NCBI GenBank assembly: GCA_965223905.1
Contig: CBDCXV010000002.1
Location: forward strand, 288,001-352,000
Source: Candidatus Latescibacterota bacterium
Lineage (GTDB): Bacteria > Latescibacterota > UBA2968 > UBA8231
Direction: 5' to 3'
Length of the DNA: 64,000 bases
Each line of letters opens with the position of its first letter. The first letter of the stretch is position 1. The position numbers and the translations under genes are program-made. This document shows, one piece after another, positions 60,445-64,000 of this stretch. Below the pieces are notes generated by a model. The model searched no databases. It saw nothing but the letters and a program-made list of their open reading frames with translations, and had not been told where the DNA came from.

Positions 60445-62274
60445 ATGAACGCTGAAAATCTCAAGACCATGCTCGACCAGAGCATTGATCGCTACGGCGC
60501 GCGGACTGCTGTCCGCGTTCTCAAGCAGGCTCCAGGCCAGGAACCATCCTATGAACCGATCACCTATACCGAACTCGGCAGCATGCGGAACGCCGCGGCG
60601 GCCGGACTTGCCGACCTTGGTGTCGGCAAGGGAGACCGCGTCGGCATTCTCACCGACGGCGGGTTCGAGCCGCTGCTGGTGTTCCTCGCCTGTGACCTGC
60701 TCGCCGCCTGCACCGTGCCGTTGTGCAACAAGCTTTCGGAGGAGATCCTGACTCACAACATCAACCACTCCGGTATCTCCTTTCTCGTCGTCGATGGGAA
60801 ATCGCTGGGCCAGGTAACGGCGGTTGCCGATGCCCTGGAACAGCCGCCGAAACTGATTGTGACCGACGGCAGCCGAGAAGATGCCATTACGTGGGAGCAG
60901 ATCGTCAGCTGCGAAGCGGCGCCGCCGGAAGTTGCGGTGTCGCCTTTCGACGAGACGAAGATCCTCTATACGTCCGGTTCGTCAGGCCTGCCGAAGGGGG
61001 TGGTCCAGACGCACGCCAACATCGTCGCCAACATCCGCCAGGTGTGGGACGTCATCGCCGAGAGCGACACCTTCCGTTTCTTCAAGTCGGCGCCCGACTA
61101 CCACTCGATGGGGATCCTCAACATCTACTATCCCCTGGCAAAGGGATGGGCCCTCGACCTCGCCCGTTCCCCGGACCGGGTTCTCACGGACATTCGCCTG
61201 TCGCAGCCGGAGGGGTTTCTGACCGTTCCGCTGGTCCTCGACAAGGTCTACGGGAACGTGCGCAAGGAGATTGACGCGGGAGGAATAAAGGGCCGTCTCG
61301 TGGAGCGGGCGGTGAGCGCCCGGCAGCGGCTTGCTCGAGGGGAGGGCAGCCTCGGCGACCGGCTGGTCAACGCCACCCTCGGCGGAAGCATCGTCGCCAA
61401 GATCAAAGAGCAGCTGTCGAGGCGGGTTGGAGGCAACCTCGAGCTGCTGGTCGTGGGTTCCGCCAAGGCCGACCCGGAAGCGCTCGATTTTTTTCAGGAT
61501 GTTCTGGGCATTCGCACGTTGGAGGGATACGGAACCACCGAATGCGCACCGTTGATAGCGACCAACCACCTCCGAGGCCGCAAGACGGGAACTGTCGGCA
61601 GGCCGCTGTTCGAGGTCAGGCTGGTAGACGAACAGGGCGAGGTGCTCGCCTCCGGCGATCCGGCGTCCGGCACCTACCGGCCGGGCCCCGGAGCCGGTGA
61701 GCTGTGGGTTTCGGGGGCGAACGTCATGAAGGAGTACCTCAAGGACCCTGAGCGCACCGCCGAGGTTCTGGTGGAAAAAGATGGCAAGAGATGGTACCGG
61801 ACCGGGGACCTGTTCAGCATGGACGACGAAGGCTTTCTGACCTTTCAGGGCCGCGTCGGACGCCAGTTCAAGCTCGCCAACGGGGAGTTCATCAATCCGG
61901 AGTTGCTGGAGCGGGTGTTTTCCAGGGCGGCACTCGTGGAGCACGTTCTGGTGTCGGGCGACCAGACCCGCAACGGGCCGGTCGTCGTGGTGACCGTCGA
62001 CCTCGAGGAAGCAGGCAAAATCGAGGGGGTTTCCGGGGAGGAAGAGGCCATCCGCAGCCACCCGCTAGTCGCGGAGCGGATCCGGAGCCAGCTCCTGCAC
62101 GAATCCGATCTCGCAAGGCTGCCTGCACACGAGCGCCCGGTCAACGTCGTAGTCCTTCCCGCGGCTCTCACCGAGGAGGACGGCACCTTGACTCGAGGGC
62201 TGAAGAAGGTCGTCCCCAAGGCCGTGGAGGAGCTGTACGCCGGGACGATCACCCAGGCTCCACCCTCGGCATAA
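60445..62274 (+). CDS. Long-chain-fatty-acid--CoA ligase (AMP-binding family)
   Basis: YTSGSSGLPKG, EGYGTTE, VMKEY, WYRTGD, FKLANGEFI.PE. Confidence 0.88.
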   Translation: MNAENLKTMLDQSIDRYGARTAVRVLKQAPGQEPSYEPITYTELGSMRNAAAAGLADLGVGKGDRVGILTDGGFEPLLVFLACDLLAACTVPLCNKLSEEILTHNINHSGISFLVVDGKSLGQVTAVADALEQPPKLIVTDGSREDAITWEQIVSCEAAPPEVAVSPFDETKILYTSGSSGLPKGVVQTHANIVANIRQVWDVIAESDTFRFFKSAPDYHSMGILNIYYPLAKGWALDLARSPDRVLTDIRLSQPEGFLTVPLVLDKVYGNVRKEIDAGGIKGRLVERAVSARQRLARGEGSLGDRLVNATLGGSIVAKIKEQLSRRVGGNLELLVVGSAKADPEALDFFQDVLGIRTLEGYGTTECAPLIATNHLRGRKTGTVGRPLFEVRLVDEQGEVLASGDPASGTYRPGPGAGELWVSGANVMKEYLKDPERTAEVLVEKDGKRWYRTGDLFSMDDEGFLTFQGRVGRQFKLANGEFINPELLERVFSRAALVEHVLVSGDQTRNGPVVVVTVDLEEAGKIEGVSGEEEAIRSHPLVAERIRSQLLHESDLARLPAHERPVNVVVLPAALTEEDGTLTRGLKKVVPKAVEELYAGTITQAPPSA

Positions 62275-62476
62275 TCCTTTTCCACAGAATCAGGGGTGAA
62301 TTCGGGCCACCTCTGCAGCTGAGGAAATCCCTGCTCAATCCATACCGCCTCACCTGTTCGATTTCACTTCAATCCGCGCCTTGGCGCTCTGCCACGGCGG
62401 CCGATTTCCGGCGGTGATTCCTAACACGTAACCGCGGACCGCAGGCGCCCGTGGGGCCGCATTTCAAACCCGACAG

Positions 62477-62618
62477 CTGGAGTCCTGTCCCGGAAAGATT
62501 GGAAATTCGGCCGTCGAGGCACCCGGGTCGCAAGGCGCCTGAGCAAGTCGTACCGAGGGTGTACGGCGAGGGAAGGGCAACGCTGGAATTGCAAGAAATG
62601 GATGGGACAGGACACTGG
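62477..62618. mobile_element. MITE-like non-coding element with terminal inverted repeats
   Basis: gtcctgtccc (62482-62491) and gggacaggac (62604-62613) are inverted repeats. Internal structured core gcaaggcg...gtac...gtac...gcaacgc. Confidence 0.55.
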
Positions 62619-62737
62619 TTCCGTCCCGCTATACCCGGTCAATCGCCGAGGCGCCCCGGCGGGCGGTGCAGCAGCCTTGCCATTCACCTCTCTGGTTCCA
62701 TTGCGTTGTCGTCAGGCGCTTCGCCCTCGATCCCTAG

Positions 62738-63841
62738 CTATACCAGCAGACTGTGGATGTTCTGCAGGAAAGTGCGGTTGTCTCCGCCGAGGTAGATCAT
62801 CTCGCCACCCATGCGGCTGAAGCTCTTGCAGAACCGGACGTAATACGCGGGATGGTCCTTCGGCGGCTCTCCCCGCGACCAGTCCCAGTCGACCTCCGCC
62901 AGATCGTTGACGGCGATGAAGGGGGTCAGGGGACCGGTCCCCTCCTGGCGCCGGAGATTGTTGGCTATCGACACGGCTTTCTCGAAAACCTGCGGGGCCA
63001 TTACCGCCGAACCGACCGACAGTAGAACGCCTTCCTTTCGCAGCTGTCTCACGGCGTGGACGAAAACCGCGAAGTCGATGCCTGCCGCGCGTCCAAACGC
63101 CGCACCGTTGGCCATCGGATGGGTGTAGACGATATCGTAGCCGATCCCGGGATGCACCGTCAGCGGTACCCCGAGACGGCAGGCTGCCGCTGTCAGTGAA
63201 TTCTCCATGTGGCGGTGCTCGACGCGGAGAAACCCCTCCGGTATCTCGAAGCGTTCGAGGCAGTGCAACAGGTCGGCCTGCGCCGGCAGCAGGGCGGGGT
63301 TTCCAGTCTCGCACGCATCGCTGACGGCATGCCACAGGTCCTCGCGGCGCGGGATTTCACAACCGCCGTCCAGCACGAACCTCCCGATCGATTCCCCGTA
63401 CCCCATACCCGCCAGCGCACCGGTCAGTACGGCGAGGAGCGTGAAGCGGCCGGTCTCGTCCCAACAGCCGAAGCGGCCCTCGGCGACATGGGAGCGCACG
63501 TCTTCTTCGGAGCGGCCGTGGAAAGCGTACTCCCAGTCGTGGATGACTCCCGCACCGTTGGTCGCAAGATGGGTGACCCAGCCAGCCTCCATCAGCTCTT
63601 CGACCACCGCTCCAAGGCCATTTTTGACGAGGTGTGCGCCAAAGGCAAGCACCACGGAGGCTCCCGACGCGCGCGCCGCACGGATGCGCTCGGCGACGAT
63701 CTCCATCTTTTCCGCCAGGTCTCCGGCAGGCGGCGGCGGCGACTGCGGATCGACGCGAAGGGACTCGAAGGCCTGTTTGCTGCGGCGAACAGCAAGAGGC
63801 TGGACCTCGATTCGGGTCAGGTCCTCCCGTTCATGTGCCAC
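62738..63841 (-). CDS. Conserved hypothetical protein, deoxyhypusine-synthase-like fold
   Basis: GAHLVKNGL, HLATNGAG.IHD.E, AA..LGVPLTVHPGIG.DI, GSAVMAPQVFEKA; GGAGG RBS. Confidence 0.7.
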   Translation of the reverse strand: MAHEREDLTRIEVQPLAVRRSKQAFESLRVDPQSPPPPAGDLAEKMEIVAERIRAARASGASVVLAFGAHLVKNGLGAVVEELMEAGWVTHLATNGAGVIHDWEYAFHGRSEEDVRSHVAEGRFGCWDETGRFTLLAVLTGALAGMGYGESIGRFVLDGGCEIPRREDLWHAVSDACETGNPALLPAQADLLHCLERFEIPEGFLRVEHRHMENSLTAAACRLGVPLTVHPGIGYDIVYTHPMANGAAFGRAAGIDFAVFVHAVRQLRKEGVLLSVGSAVMAPQVFEKAVSIANNLRRQEGTGPLTPFIAVNDLAEVDWDWSRGEPPKDHPAYYVRFCKSFSRMGGEMIYLGGDNRTFLQNIHSLLV

Positions 63842-64000
63842 TGTCCACCTCCCGGAAACGCCTGGCGATCTGCGCCGGGCTCGCCGTTCCGGTGGTTCCG
63901 ATCTGCTGTACCGTAATGGACCCGGCGAGATTGGCTACGAACGCAGCCTCGGAGAGGCCGGCTCCGGCGCTCAGCGAGGCGACGATGGCGGCCGAGGTCG
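63831..64000 (-). CDS. C-terminal fragment of a PfkB/HldE(RfaE)-like sugar kinase
   Basis: Manual translation TSAAIVASLSAGAGLSEAAFVANLAGSITVQQIGTTGTASPAQI...*, typical of the PfkB C-terminus. Confidence 0.7.
   Translation of the reverse strand, partial: TSAAIVASLSAGAGLSEAAFVANLAGSITVQQIGTTGTASPAQIARRFREVDSGT

Overview
High-GC chromosomal segment from a diderm bacterium. The gene content (PorV-like barrels, FlgD/T9SS-type C-terminal domain, CRTAC1/ASPIC-UnbV protein, giant FN3 lipoprotein, cdaA) suggests an FCB-related lineage such as Latescibacterota; this is inference only. Positions 1-9.4 kb hold a minus-strand operon of five exported proteins: a discoidin-like protein with a sorting-type C-terminal domain, a PorV/PorP-like barrel, two paralogous ~950-aa acidic outer-membrane-like proteins, and a TPR protein. 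This is the best candidate for an undescribed T9SS-like export or surface-assembly system. It is followed by IS1634/IS481 debris and a CRTAC1-family gene. The rest is mostly housekeeping: purD, era, glycerate kinase, lexA, tilS-ftsH-folP-cdaA, argRBDH plus two enolase-superfamily genes, ligA, cyoE, mobA, larB, parAB, ppdK, ilvBN and a fatty-acyl-CoA ligase. Other notable items are an ~8-kb gene with 26 FN3 domains built from shuffled near-identical DNA modules, a GAAC-N4-GTTC box inside the lexA promoter, tandem ARG boxes, a probable CTG start for era, a 26-bp perfect AT palindrome and a MITE-like element. Five frameshifts (FN3 gene, argH x2, FGE-like lipoprotein x2) lie mostly in short homopolymers or dinucleotides and may be sequencing errors. 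No rRNA, tRNA or CRISPR array was seen.
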